Source: Pseudomonadota bacterium (GTDB taxonomy: Bacteria; Bdellovibrionota; UBA1018; CAIMNF01). Taken from it: a stretch of DNA of 64,000 nt. Below are positions 19,310-28,848 of this stretch, one piece after another; the stretch's first letter is position 1; each line of letters opens with the position of its first letter. The notes beneath the pieces were generated by a model. That model worked only from the letters and a program-made list of their open reading frames with translations, made no database searches and was not told the DNA's origin. The stretch lies in NCBI GenBank assembly GCA_027486675.1, contig JAIXOQ010000017.1:188231-252230 (forward strand), read 5' to 3'. A program made the position numbers and the translations under genes.

Positions 19310-20632
19310 TTACGCGAGAGCGGAAGGGGCATCCTTGTGGCGCTCGGTTCCACGCGCCGTGCCAAAGAGTGAACGGAGCTGGCCGCAGGCTGCGGAAATA
19401 TCACGGCCTCTTGAGATTCTTACGGTGGCTGTATAACCCTGATCCAGAAGAATCTTCTGAAATGCAAACACGACTTCATCTGATGGACGCTTAAATTCGC
19501 TTCCTGAATGCTCGTTGAACGGGATCAGATTCACCTTAGATGGAATGCCGCGCAGCAGCTTTGCAACTCGCAGAGCGTCCTCAGGCGCGTCGTTAAAATC
19601 CTGAAGCAGCACGTACTCAAACGTTATTCTTCGATGCGGCCCAAGTTTCAGTTTCTTGCATGCCGCAAGAAGTTCTGCGATGGGATATCGCTTATTCACG
19701 GGCATAATCTTTGACCGCTGATCGTCATTAGAAGCATTCAGAGACACTGCCAGCTGCACATCTGTTTGTTGATAGAGCTTGTCGATCGCAGGCACAAGCC
19801 CACTGGTGCTGACAGTCACTTTTCGTTTTGAAAAATTAAATCCATCTTCATCTAAGAAAATCGAGCAAGCTTTGCCGATGTTATCCACGTTGTGAAGGGG
19901 TTCACCCATTCCCATAAACACGATATTTGTTATGGGCGCGCGTGCACGCAGTTCAGCGATTTGGGCGACGACTTCATGTGTTGCAAGAGATCGATCTAAG
20001 CCCTGCACCCCTGTCAGACAAAATTTACAAGCCATTGCACAGCCCACTTGGGACGAAATGCAGGCTGTTAGCCTAGCCCAATCGTCGGATCTCAGATCAT
20101 CATCGAGCTCAAATTCATCGGTCTCAAGACCGGAAAACTTTTTTCCGTGCTGCAGTTGTTCCAGTTTGTCTGCCGCAACTTTTTCTTTGAGCGCCGCAGG
20201 GATGATGACGGACTCAATCGTCTTATTGTCCTCTAGGCTCCAGAGGAACTTGTAGGTCCCATCGTTTGACTGCTGTTCATGGGCCGTCTTCAACTGAAAG
20301 ATCGGCAGTGTCTCTTTGAGCACTTCCCGGATGTCTTTAGCCAGATCGCTCATTTCATCGTAGCTGCGCGCATGCCGCTGGTAGGCCCATTTGAAAATTT
20401 GTTTCGCCCGCAAAGAGGCCTGCTTCTGCTTCTTCTTTTCCTGCGCTTCAATGGGAAGTTCGCTATCGCGCCTAGGTAAGCGGGAGAGGGGAAGAAGGAA
20501 TTCGGCGAGTTCTGGCTTCGTTAGATCTTGTAGGAACACAGGGGACACAGATTGCCATATGTGATTGATTTGCTCAAGATTTAGGATGATGAACGAAGAG
20601 TTTGGGCGGAGTAGCCGAAAAAACCAGGCCAT
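19310..20632 (-). CDS. rlmN: Radical SAM 23S rRNA/tRNA adenine-C2 methyltransferase RlmN
   Basis: CISSQVGCAMACKFCLTG radical-SAM cluster loop. RAKQIFKWAY N-terminal motif. MGMGEPLHN. TSGL. The N-terminus may be over-extended. Confidence 0.85.
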   Translation of the reverse strand: MAWFFRLLRPNSSFIILNLEQINHIWQSVSPVFLQDLTKPELAEFLLPLSRLPRRDSELPIEAQEKKKQKQASLRAKQIFKWAYQRHARSYDEMSDLAKDIREVLKETLPIFQLKTAHEQQSNDGTYKFLWSLEDNKTIESVIIPAALKEKVAADKLEQLQHGKKFSGLETDEFELDDDLRSDDWARLTACISSQVGCAMACKFCLTGVQGLDRSLATHEVVAQIAELRARAPITNIVFMGMGEPLHNVDNIGKACSIFLDEDGFNFSKRKVTVSTSGLVPAIDKLYQQTDVQLAVSLNASNDDQRSKIMPVNKRYPIAELLAACKKLKLGPHRRITFEYVLLQDFNDAPEDALRVAKLLRGIPSKVNLIPFNEHSGSEFKRPSDEVVFAFQKILLDQGYTATVRISRGRDISAACGQLRSLFGTARGTERHKDAPSALA

Positions 20633-20705
20633 CCTGGAATCAGGGTTTTATTAAATTTGATTGGTTGCATTCACTTGTGGACCATTCAGCAGGTATGACC
20701 GTTTT

Positions 20706-20870
20706 ACCCTCCCCCAGTTTCTTCTAAATACGCGCTCAATCTTCAGATAAGCACAAAATGCTCCGGGACCTCGTCCATGAGGCAGCTCGGGCCTTCCTGG
20801 CCCGAGCGTCTAGTCGCATTTGTACTTATCTGAAGATTGAGCGCGTATTCGGAGGGTTCAGGAGGGAAAG
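20706..20870. repeat. Compound stem-loop element: a perfect 25-bp inverted repeat (20727-20751 and 20826-20850) flanking a nested 9-bp-stem hairpin (20785-20807)
   Basis: AATACGCGCTCAATCTTCAGATAAG and its exact reverse complement are separated by 74 nt. An inner hairpin GCTCGGGCC-ttcct-GGCCCGAGC is nested within. Partial extension of complementarity outward (CCCTCCCCC / GGAGGG...GGAGGG). Located in the 267-bp gap upstream of rlmN. Confidence 0.6.
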
Positions 20871-20899
20871 GTGGCTCAAGAAGTCCTGGAGGCGAGTGC

Positions 20900-21268
20900 T
20901 TACTGCGCAATGAATCTCACTTGAATCAGAGAGGCGTTTCCGTTGTGCATTTCGCGGAGCACTTCCATTGGAATTACGACCCTTTGACTGCGTGGGTCAT
21001 ATGAAAAATGGAAGCTGTTCAGTATTATCCAGGATCCGTTGGCGAAGATTCGGGCAGCCTCGGAGCACGCATGCGTTTCCTCTTCCAGGATGTTAAACTC
21101 GTCCGTCACCAGGATTTCCAATGTGTGCGGGTCCATTTTATAGCTACCCAGGTAAATGTAAGGGCCTGATTCCACAGGATACAAGACGGAGACGCAAGAC
21201 TCGATCTCCAGTGCCGCGAAAGAGCTTTGTGAAGCAATTGCGATGAGGCTTAGAAATAACCATTTCAT
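20900..21268 (-). CDS. Small secreted hypothetical protein
   Basis: 122 aa. Signal peptide LSLIAIASQSSFAALE. No homology recognised. Confidence 0.5.
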   Translation of the reverse strand: MKWLFLSLIAIASQSSFAALEIESCVSVLYPVESGPYIYLGSYKMDPHTLEILVTDEFNILEEETHACSEAARIFANGSWIILNSFHFSYDPRSQRVVIPMEVLREMHNGNASLIQVRFIAQ

Positions 21269-21334
21269 TTAAATTCTCCCGAGAATTTGGACTAGTTTAT
21301 ATTACCTTATCCTTAAAGTCAAGATATAAGCCGG

Positions 21335-21353
21335 CATTGGTTTGTAACCAATG
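21335..21353. promoter_or_regulatory. Perfect palindrome CATTGGTT-tgt-AACCAATG in a divergent promoter region; candidate operator
   Basis: 8-bp arms separated by 3 nt, lying between two divergently transcribed secreted-protein genes. Confidence 0.2.
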
Positions 21354-21496
21354 GGAACAAAGAATGGTCGGGAAAGCGCGGTGCCGACGAGTGCCCTTAC
21401 TCAAGTTGATCTAGGCTTTTTCGCAACTATCTCAATATTGCTATGCGCAGTTGCCTGCGCTTATCCTCTCCCAGCTACAGAACTGCGAGGGCCGAT

Positions 21497-22141
21497 ATGA
21501 AAAATGGATTTGTGATCATTCTTTTCGGGGTTTTTCTTCATGAGGGTGCGCACGCTCAAAATATTTCTAGCCCAATGCATCCAAGTAACCCCATGAATCC
21601 CTTGCAGCAACGCAATCTTACGAACCCTTTGAATCCGCTGAGCCCCATGAGACCCACTGATACCTTCACCGACGAGGAACGGCTGGCACTTCTTCCCAAG
21701 CAACCAGTTGGGATCCAGCTCTCTGATTTTGAACCGGGACATATTCCGTCACTGATCGACGAGCGTTTCCCAGGGCAAAAGCCAACGTTTGTATTGCGTA
21801 TCAGCGTCCTCCAGGATGAAACCTCATTTATCACTAAGCTTGTTGCGGTGATCCCAAATACGAATCAAAAGCTTCGCTCTGATACATCACAAGTCTCACT
21901 GACGGAAGCAGACTGGAAAGATCTGAGCCAGGTAAAATCCTGGGATAAGCTCGAAAGCCTAAGACTTCAATTTGAAGTGATAGGAAAAATTTCGAACTAT
22001 CCATCTATGGTCGTATTAAGGGAAACAACGACATTTGATAGCTTATTGGGGTCACTCGCTGGGGCATCGCACGCATCAGAGATGTCTATTCACAACCCAA
22101 AGATTCAGACTGCAGCCAGAATTCAATTCTCACTCGATTGA
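21497..22141 (+). CDS. Secreted hypothetical protein with an NP(M/L)NPL repeat region
   Basis: Start chosen at MKNGFVIILFGVFLHEGAHA (a signal peptide). Short N-P-L-rich repeats. The ORF extends to 21443. Confidence 0.5.
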   Translation: MKNGFVIILFGVFLHEGAHAQNISSPMHPSNPMNPLQQRNLTNPLNPLSPMRPTDTFTDEERLALLPKQPVGIQLSDFEPGHIPSLIDERFPGQKPTFVLRISVLQDETSFITKLVAVIPNTNQKLRSDTSQVSLTEADWKDLSQVKSWDKLESLRLQFEVIGKISNYPSMVVLRETTTFDSLLGSLAGASHASEMSIHNPKIQTAARIQFSLD

Positions 22142-22196
22142 GACTTGATGCGTCTTTCGCCGCTCGGTGGCCAAGCGTACACATGAACCACCTTGA

Positions 22197-22856
22197 TTAA
22201 CGTTTTCTCTGCCGCAGCCGATTTGCGACAATTTCGTTGCACTCTGAGAATTTCACCGCACTCGCCAGCGTTCCATCGAGATGGGAAACGAGCCGGTGAA
22301 CCTTCTGGTCGTTCGGCAAGAGGTGCGGCCAGTCCCACGCAGTGAAGATTAAAAACTCGTCAAACTTTCCAGTAAAATTCAATTCCTTTGCCGCTTTATT
22401 GTACTGGACTCCGCTCTCAATCATTCGATCTAAGTTCTCTACAAACTCCGGGTGGTCAGCGATCCAATGATCATTGGAAATTTTAGGTTGAATGAGCTCG
22501 TCATACATATCTGGCGTGCCTGGCTTCATCACAAAGTGCATGACCATGCCGAAGTAGTTCGGGAAACCGAGTTGCCGCGCTTTGAGATCCAGCTCAAAAT
22601 CATCAGCAGCCATTAACCTCAAGTGGTGCTCAATTCCATTTCGCCAGGAAGACCATTCTTGCCCAGGCGCAATCTTTAGCAACTTTCCTGGAACCTCATC
22701 CAAGTGCTCGAATAACTCGCTGCGGAGCTCATACCCCAGTGTTGATACAACAAGACGCAACGATAGATCGAGGGCTCCTGTATATGCGTTATACGGCCCT
22801 GCTTCGCAAGGCTGCCGTAGTGTGAAGATGAGCAGAAGGAGGGCGGCGAAACGCAT
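22197..22856 (-). CDS. Secreted hypothetical protein
   Basis: 219 aa. Signal peptide ALLLLIFTLRQPCEA. Confidence 0.5.
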   Translation of the reverse strand: MRFAALLLLIFTLRQPCEAGPYNAYTGALDLSLRLVVSTLGYELRSELFEHLDEVPGKLLKIAPGQEWSSWRNGIEHHLRLMAADDFELDLKARQLGFPNYFGMVMHFVMKPGTPDMYDELIQPKISNDHWIADHPEFVENLDRMIESGVQYNKAAKELNFTGKFDEFLIFTAWDWPHLLPNDQKVHRLVSHLDGTLASAVKFSECNEIVANRLRQRKR

Positions 22857-22979
22857 CGTCGTGATTTACCCGAGCAAACAGTGGAAGGCAATGAAATGGT
22901 CAATGATCTTATAAACTCACATCATTTATGCATCATCCCCGCTCGCCCACGCCGCCGCTTCAGGGCTACACTTAGGTCC

Positions 22980-24152
22980 ATGTGGTTCCTCACCGATGAA
23001 CAAAGAATGCTCCAAGAAACCGTCCGCTCGTTTGCACGCACTGAACTTGGACCCAAGATCGAACATTTAGATGAAATCGAGGGTTTCAACCGGGAATCCT
23101 TCTACAAAATGGGCCAACTCGGGCTTTTAGGCATCACCGTAAAAGAAGAGGACGGCGGCACGGGGTTAGATGCCGTATCTGCGACGTTAGCTATGGAAGA
23201 AATGGCTGCGGTCGATGCATCCACCGCCCTTTCCTACCTCGCGCACTCGATCCTTTGCGTGAATCAAATTGGCGTGAATGGAACGAAAGCCCAAAAAGAA
23301 AAGTACCTCCCAAAACTCATGTCGGGCGAGCACTTAGGCGGCATGGGAATGTCAGAACCAGGAGCTGGCTCTGATGCCTTAGGCATGCAGACCAGGGCTG
23401 AAAAAAAGGCCGATAGCTACTTGATCAATGGCTCAAAAACTTGGATTACCAATGGTCCAGGCGGCGACATCTTTTACGTCTATGCAAAAACCGGCCCAAA
23501 CAAGCGGGACCTTTCGACATTCATCATGGACAGCACCATGCCTGGATTCACGACAGGCAAAAAATTTAAGAAAATGGGAATGCGCGCTTCCCCTACCGGC
23601 GAACTTTGGTTCACCGACGTTTCTGTGCCAGCAGCAAACCGTGTCGGCGAAGAAAATCAAAGCGTACGCGCGATGATGAAAAACTTGGATCTTGAGCGCA
23701 TCACGATTTCGGGGATTTCACTTGGGATTGCGCGCGCCTGCATTGAAACCGCAACCCAGTACTCCAAGGAAAGAAAACAGTTCGATAAACCGATCGGGGC
23801 ATTTCAACAAATTCAAGAACGCCTCACTGAAGCCGCTGCCTGGTACGAAGCCTGCCGCGCTCTCACTTATCAGGCAGCTAAAACCTGGGACTTGGGCCTG
23901 ATGGTCGGCAAAGAGGCCTCCATGATGGCTGCGAAAGCAAAACTGCAGAGCGCACAGATGGCAACGCAAGTGGGCTTAGATGCAATTCAAATCTTAGGCG
24001 GATACGGCTACACCCGCGAATTCCCAGTCGAGCGCGCAATGCGGGATGCAAAGCTGATTGAGATTGGCGCAGGAACAAACGAAATTCTAAGAGTCGTGAT
24101 CGCGCGCCAGATGTTGGGCGAAGTGGCCGACGCGCTCACCAGCGGTAAGTAA
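22980..24152 (+). CDS. Acyl-CoA dehydrogenase, isovaleryl-CoA dehydrogenase-like
   Basis: ACAD blocks: MSEPGAGSD, YLINGSKTWITNG, ERITISG, QILGGYGYTREFPVER, RDAKL.EIGAGTNEI. Start chosen at MWFLTDEQ. Confidence 0.85.
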   Translation: MWFLTDEQRMLQETVRSFARTELGPKIEHLDEIEGFNRESFYKMGQLGLLGITVKEEDGGTGLDAVSATLAMEEMAAVDASTALSYLAHSILCVNQIGVNGTKAQKEKYLPKLMSGEHLGGMGMSEPGAGSDALGMQTRAEKKADSYLINGSKTWITNGPGGDIFYVYAKTGPNKRDLSTFIMDSTMPGFTTGKKFKKMGMRASPTGELWFTDVSVPAANRVGEENQSVRAMMKNLDLERITISGISLGIARACIETATQYSKERKQFDKPIGAFQQIQERLTEAAAWYEACRALTYQAAKTWDLGLMVGKEASMMAAKAKLQSAQMATQVGLDAIQILGGYGYTREFPVERAMRDAKLIEIGAGTNEILRVVIARQMLGEVADALTSGK

Positions 24153-24159
24153 TCAGTAT

Positions 24160-24723
24160 CTAAAAGACCGAGTTCATCAACTCATCAGCATCGACTGACA
24201 CAGAGTCAGCAAGACTGATGAGCGTGCGCTCGAACTCGCTTTCATTAATCAACGCAGAAGTCGTCCCTAGAATCCCGAGGTAGGTCTGTGCCACAAAACT
24301 TTTTGTTCGCAGGACACCATTTCCCCAAATGATTTCTTTTCCTTTTTCGAGCCTAAAATTACAATTTAGAGTCACAAGATAGGATGTGGCCACCTGCACG
24401 AAAGACGGTCCTGTGCGCAGCGGAGCAAGCTGATCTGACGTTGTTAAACTGAGGGGACTATAACTTGCCCCAAGAACGGTCGCGTACAGGACGGCATCTG
24501 CGTCCTCAGATTTTTCTGTCAGCTTCACATAGTTTCCAGATGCAATGCGTTTGCGAATTGCATTGTAGAGCGTGATGTCTACACCTGCCTTATAAGATTC
24601 ATTCGCCACCGGAGCCACATGGAGTCGCTTGATTTCATGCTGTTCAAACAATAACCGGTCAGTGCCCCGTAAATGGTAGCCGCAACCGGACAAAAGCAAT
24701 GCCAGAAAACAGAAACGCAACAT
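24160..24723 (-). CDS. lptE: LPS-assembly lipoprotein LptE-like
   Basis: N-terminus LLLSGCGYHLRG matches the LptE lipobox plus the GCG(W/F/Y)HLR motif. About 190 aa. Start chosen at MLRFCFLALLLSGCG. Confidence 0.55.
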   Translation of the reverse strand: MLRFCFLALLLSGCGYHLRGTDRLLFEQHEIKRLHVAPVANESYKAGVDITLYNAIRKRIASGNYVKLTEKSEDADAVLYATVLGASYSPLSLTTSDQLAPLRTGPSFVQVATSYLVTLNCNFRLEKGKEIIWGNGVLRTKSFVAQTYLGILGTTSALINESEFERTLISLADSVSVDADELMNSVF

Positions 24724-24766
24724 GCTCCCATCATGACCGGACTTCAGGTACAACTAAAGCCCACAA

Positions 24767-25066
24767 ATGGAGTTCTTTGGCTCAATCTTAAACCGGCTTC
24801 TTAAAATGAATCCTAGTCTTGCCGAAGGACTGGAGGAGGCTCGAATTTTGGGACTTTGGGCGGAGGTGGTTGGGCCTGCGATCGCTAAGAGAAGCCGTGC
24901 GACGGAGCTCAGAGGAAAAAAGATCGTTGTAGAGGTCGACCACCCAGTCTGGAAACAACAGCTGCTCACAAATAAAAACGTAGTGCTCAAGAAGTATGAA
25001 GACGTTCTAGGACGTCCACTCATCACTGACTTGATTCTAAAGAACTCTTCGCCCCAAAAATCCTAG
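24767..25066 (+). CDS. DUF721 (DciA-like) protein
   Basis: 99 aa. The pattern ILGLWAEVVGPAIA...LRGKKIVVEVDHPVWKQQL matches the DUF721 consensus (LW.EVVG..IA...L.V.V.S..W..EL) recalled from memory. Confidence 0.5.
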   Translation: MEFFGSILNRLLKMNPSLAEGLEEARILGLWAEVVGPAIAKRSRATELRGKKIVVEVDHPVWKQQLLTNKNVVLKKYEDVLGRPLITDLILKNSSPQKS

Positions 25067-25431
25067 CTATAGCGCCTTACAGAAAGCTTGACGACGATGA
25101 GGACCAAGAGCGCAAGCATCAGCAGCACTACCAATGTACCGCGCACGAGGACCGAGGTCTCTGGCTCATTTTTTGGGAGTTCCGTAGTGCGCTCAAGGAA
25201 GGGCACGTCGGTAATCGTCCAGTCTTCCCCGTGGCCCGGCAGTCTTTCTGGCACAGCTGAGTCACCAAAATGATTTCTAATCTCTTGAATGTCACTGATT
25301 GGGAACCAGTAAGAAGTGCTCTTGCAAATCTCATCGCCGGCTTCAAATTGGTGAGACCGAAGCATTCGTACGATATCACTTGCATGCTGAGGACGAGAAT
25401 AACGCCCTGTCGACTTACGAATGAGATACAT
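25063..25431 (-). CDS. Tail-anchored membrane protein, hypothetical
   Basis: 122 aa with a single C-terminal TM helix. Lies immediately downstream of the ABC ATPase, with a short overlap. Confidence 0.4.
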   Translation of the reverse strand: MYLIRKSTGRYSRPQHASDIVRMLRSHQFEAGDEICKSTSYWFPISDIQEIRNHFGDSAVPERLPGHGEDWTITDVPFLERTTELPKNEPETSVLVRGTLVVLLMLALLVLIVVKLSVRRYS

Positions 25432-26218
25432 TTTTTATCCCCGATAGTGCCTGATAAGCAACCATCTCGGCCTTCAAGAAGCTGACAATCTTAGGCTGTT
25501 TGGACTCGATAAACTCTTCCGGGGTCCCCAAGAATACTGCCTTGCCTCCGTCCAAGAAAACTATCCGATCGGCGAGCCTTAAGGCAGAAGGAATATCGTG
25601 ACTGATGACGATCGACGTCAGCTTAAACTCGGTTTTAATCTTTTCAATGAGCTCATCGACCGTTTGGCGTGTCTCCGGGTCGAGACCAGTCGTCGGTTCA
25701 TCGTAAAGCAGGATCTCCGGCCGACGCACGATTGCACGAGCAATACCGACCCGTTTCTTCATGCCCCCTGAAATCTCGGATGGAAATTTATCGTAGGGCT
25801 TAGGAAGTCCAAGCTTGTTGAGCACTTCCTCCACTTCGCTGATGATTTTTCCCTCCGACCAGTCCGTGTGTTCACGGAGGGGAAACGCTACATTTTCAAA
25901 AACAGTCATGTCATCAAAAAGTGCAGAGTTCTGAAATACCATTCCGAATCTCTGCCTGAACTCTGTCAGAGGTGTTCCTACCAGTTTCGAAATATCTATT
26001 CCAAACACATGAACCGAACCAGAATCAGGAGCAAGCAATCCTAAGATATGTTTTAACGTTACACTTTTCCCTGTGCCACTGGGTCCAAGAACATAAGTGA
26101 GTTGCCCTGGTAAAAATGAAATGCTCATGCCCTTTAGAATTTGGTCACGTCCACCGCGAAAACTCTTAAAGACATCCTTCAATACAACAGCTGCAGCCCC
26201 TTCAGCCTCTTTACTCAT
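25415..26218 (-). CDS. ABC transporter ATP-binding protein, MlaF/Mkl-like
   Basis: Walker A GPSGTGKS. Signature SGGMKKRVGIARA. Walker B LLYDEPTTGLD. H-loop ISHD. Confidence 0.8.
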   Translation of the reverse strand: MSKEAEGAAAVVLKDVFKSFRGGRDQILKGMSISFLPGQLTYVLGPSGTGKSVTLKHILGLLAPDSGSVHVFGIDISKLVGTPLTEFRQRFGMVFQNSALFDDMTVFENVAFPLREHTDWSEGKIISEVEEVLNKLGLPKPYDKFPSEISGGMKKRVGIARAIVRRPEILLYDEPTTGLDPETRQTVDELIEKIKTEFKLTSIVISHDIPSALRLADRIVFLDGGKAVFLGTPEEFIESKQPKIVSFLKAEMVAYQALSGIKNVSHS

Positions 26219-27290
26219 ATATCCTTTGTACCCTGCCTGACACGCCCGTGAGTAGCTCGTAAGGAATTGTCCCTACTTGGGAGGCAACCTCCCAGGCAGG
26301 ACGACTTCGGCCCCAGATCTCAACGAAACTCCCAACTTTAAGCGGCTTTTTGGGTGCAGCATTGGTCACGTCCATGCTCACTCGACCAACTATCGGGAGC
26401 CGCTGTTTCCCTTGCGCAACCCATCCACATCCCGACAAAAGCCTGGGCACCCCGTCGGCGTAACCCGCACCTAACGTAACAATCCACTCACCATTCTTCA
26501 TTTTAACCCGATAGAGGCCAGCGTATCCGACCGACTCTCCACACGCCACTTTCTCACACTGCATCACCTGGGCCTCAAATTGCATGACCGGACGCAGGGA
26601 GGACTTTTCGGGCGGAGCTGGGGAGATCCCATAGAGCGAAATTCCAGGACGAACCAGGTCGGATTTTGTGAGGTCCCAAGAAGACGCAGCAAAAACAGAG
26701 CCGCTATTTCCCCAATGAATGCGAGCTTCCTTAAAACGCTCATCTCTCAACTCAAGAATTTTTTGAATTCCCTTCATCTGCTTTCGTGAAAGTCTACTGT
26801 CCGGCCGATCACTTTCGGCAAGGTGGGTGAAGATCCCTTTTGGTACAAGCTTCAGACCTAAAAGATCCTCGATCTGAATCCCAGATCGGTTCATTCCGGT
26901 CGTCACCTCCACTTCAAAAGGCATCTTTGTAGCACAGCTTACAAATGCAAGCATGGAATGAAGAGAACTGAGAACCGGGGTCAGCCTATGAGCCAAGAAA
27001 GCTTGCGCCCGGGCTTCATTCCAAGTGCCCGAATCGCTAAAAACGATAATCTCTTTCTTGGCTCGACCTAAATTTCGAAGTTCTAACGCTTCACCAAGGG
27101 TTGCGACACCGTAACCACACACTGCGTTATTTTCTTCAAAAGTACGCGCTAAAGGAACCAATCCATGGCCGTACGCATCCGCCTTCACCATCGCAAGAAG
27201 AGGGCGTCTAGAAATTTTAGAAAGAATTTGGATATTGTGATTGAGATTCGCGATTGAGATTCGAGCGCGTGATCTTGTTTCGAATGCCAT
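26211..27290 (-). CDS. alr: Alanine racemase
   Basis: PLP-lysine motif AMVKADAYGHG. Size is about 360 aa. Start chosen at MAFETRS. The ORF extends to 27326 and overlaps the upstream gene. Confidence 0.85.
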   Translation of the reverse strand: MAFETRSRARISIANLNHNIQILSKISRRPLLAMVKADAYGHGLVPLARTFEENNAVCGYGVATLGEALELRNLGRAKKEIIVFSDSGTWNEARAQAFLAHRLTPVLSSLHSMLAFVSCATKMPFEVEVTTGMNRSGIQIEDLLGLKLVPKGIFTHLAESDRPDSRLSRKQMKGIQKILELRDERFKEARIHWGNSGSVFAASSWDLTKSDLVRPGISLYGISPAPPEKSSLRPVMQFEAQVMQCEKVACGESVGYAGLYRVKMKNGEWIVTLGAGYADGVPRLLSGCGWVAQGKQRLPIVGRVSMDVTNAAPKKPLKVGSFVEIWGRSRPAWEVASQVGTIPYELLTGVSGRVQRIYE

Positions 27291-28818
27291 AGATCGAGTT
27301 TGCTCCAACCTTAAGCAAGCGAGCAAGAACTGGTCTCATCTCAGCACTCCTAGATCCCGCGTGCTTCACGATCAACAGGCCGACCAACTCCGCACCAGCA
27401 ACACTCATCTCCTGCCCTGTCGTAACCGCCCAGGCCTCGTAGTGAGATGTATTGAGCCCCTGCAACATGAGTGCTGACACGGGCCCGTAGTTCGTGAGTG
27501 CTGCTGACTTTCCCTGATTCGCCAGGCTCAACACTTGGGACTCAATGTCAGGCCTCACGTAGATCGGGAATGTCGCTTCATGGGGAAGATCGCCCACATT
27601 CGCGTGTCCAGAAAGATGCAAGTTATTGGTCGTCTTCTGATATCGAAAAAAGAGAATGGGTGACTCTGTGAGCTCACTTGAAAGCTGAATTAACTTCCTC
27701 TCGATTTCAAGCTCAGTCGAATTTGAGGTCGCAGCCTTTTGAAGCTCAGAGATAAAATCTCTCTTCCCTGTCTGCTGCACAATCGCTACCTGCGCATCGC
27801 TGGCCCGTTGCTGCTCCTGAATCCGAAGGCCCTGCGCTTCAGGCAAAACTTGCGCCGCGCGCGCTAACATCTGCGGTGAAGTTTTAAGTTGAGGTGCAAA
27901 CTTTGGAAGGTCGGGTGGAGTCATCTGGGCTAATTTAAATTCTGAGGATCGCTGACTACGAAGCAGAATTACGGCCGCTGCAAAGAGTAAGAAAGCAGCC
28001 AAAATCATGCTAAAAAATGTTTTTTGCCCTGAGGCAAAACTTGCAAATGAAAAAATCGAAGCCTGAGCATTGCGTTCAAGAAGTACAGCAAGCCCGGGGA
28101 TCGAGGTCTTTAAAACAGCATATTCGAGTTGGCCAGAATTGGCGGATTCGCGGTTTCCGGACTCGACCACTCTTCCGGTCGTCATCACAGTTGCGATCGC
28201 AGCTTTCAGCGAAGCTTCTTTAGAGAAGTCTGCACCAATCATCGAACGTTGCGTATGAGCTACAACCTTCCCGGACTCACCGAGTAACGCAACTCGATGT
28301 GGATGTGCTTTGGCGAAGAAGGCAGTGACGGCGTTTGGGTCAAGTACGCTGAGGGAAATATCATCACCCTTCCCAGGACGAACAAGAATCAACAACTCGT
28401 CAGACCCGAGTTCACTCCGCTTTACGGTCAGCGTCTGCATGCCCTTTTGCTTTAAGTCGACGGTACTCAATTGATTCTGAAAAACTCTTAAGATGCGGTC
28501 TTGCAGCGACAGGTCGTCCGGCTGATTCGCCTGAGCCAACACCACTTCATAAGGCAGCCCGTCTTTCAGTTTCAGCACACCCTTATTCACCGTGGCATCG
28601 GCACTGGGATGAGCCAAACCGACTTCAACCAGCTCCGAATAACGTTTTGCTAACTCGATTAATGAATCAACGCTGCGCACCCTAAGCTCGGCCCCAGCAA
28701 GAAGTACAAAGGCGCCCACTAGGAGCATTCCAGCACTCAATGAAAGAAGCAGAGCGATCCAGTTGGAGCGCAAATCCGATTTTGAAACGGGTCTTCCGTG
28801 ACTCGTCATGGGACGCAT
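27217..28818 (-). CDS. Membrane protein with a sensor-like topology (TM, periplasmic region, TM, cytoplasmic region); no output domain recognised
   Basis: 533 aa. Hydrophobic helices near aa 20-45 and about 265-290. Confidence 0.5.
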   Translation of the reverse strand: MRPMTSHGRPVSKSDLRSNWIALLLSLSAGMLLVGAFVLLAGAELRVRSVDSLIELAKRYSELVEVGLAHPSADATVNKGVLKLKDGLPYEVVLAQANQPDDLSLQDRILRVFQNQLSTVDLKQKGMQTLTVKRSELGSDELLILVRPGKGDDISLSVLDPNAVTAFFAKAHPHRVALLGESGKVVAHTQRSMIGADFSKEASLKAAIATVMTTGRVVESGNRESANSGQLEYAVLKTSIPGLAVLLERNAQASIFSFASFASGQKTFFSMILAAFLLFAAAVILLRSQRSSEFKLAQMTPPDLPKFAPQLKTSPQMLARAAQVLPEAQGLRIQEQQRASDAQVAIVQQTGKRDFISELQKAATSNSTELEIERKLIQLSSELTESPILFFRYQKTTNNLHLSGHANVGDLPHEATFPIYVRPDIESQVLSLANQGKSAALTNYGPVSALMLQGLNTSHYEAWAVTTGQEMSVAGAELVGLLIVKHAGSRSAEMRPVLARLLKVGANSIYGIRNKITRSNLNRESQSQYPNSF

Positions 28819-28848
28819 GGTAAACTCTCCCCGAAATTAGTTTATCAC

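Noticed and set aside
24754-25026. 90-aa minus-strand ORF overlapping the DUF721-like gene
   Set aside because: The plus-strand frame matches the DUF721 consensus pattern. The minus frame has no features.
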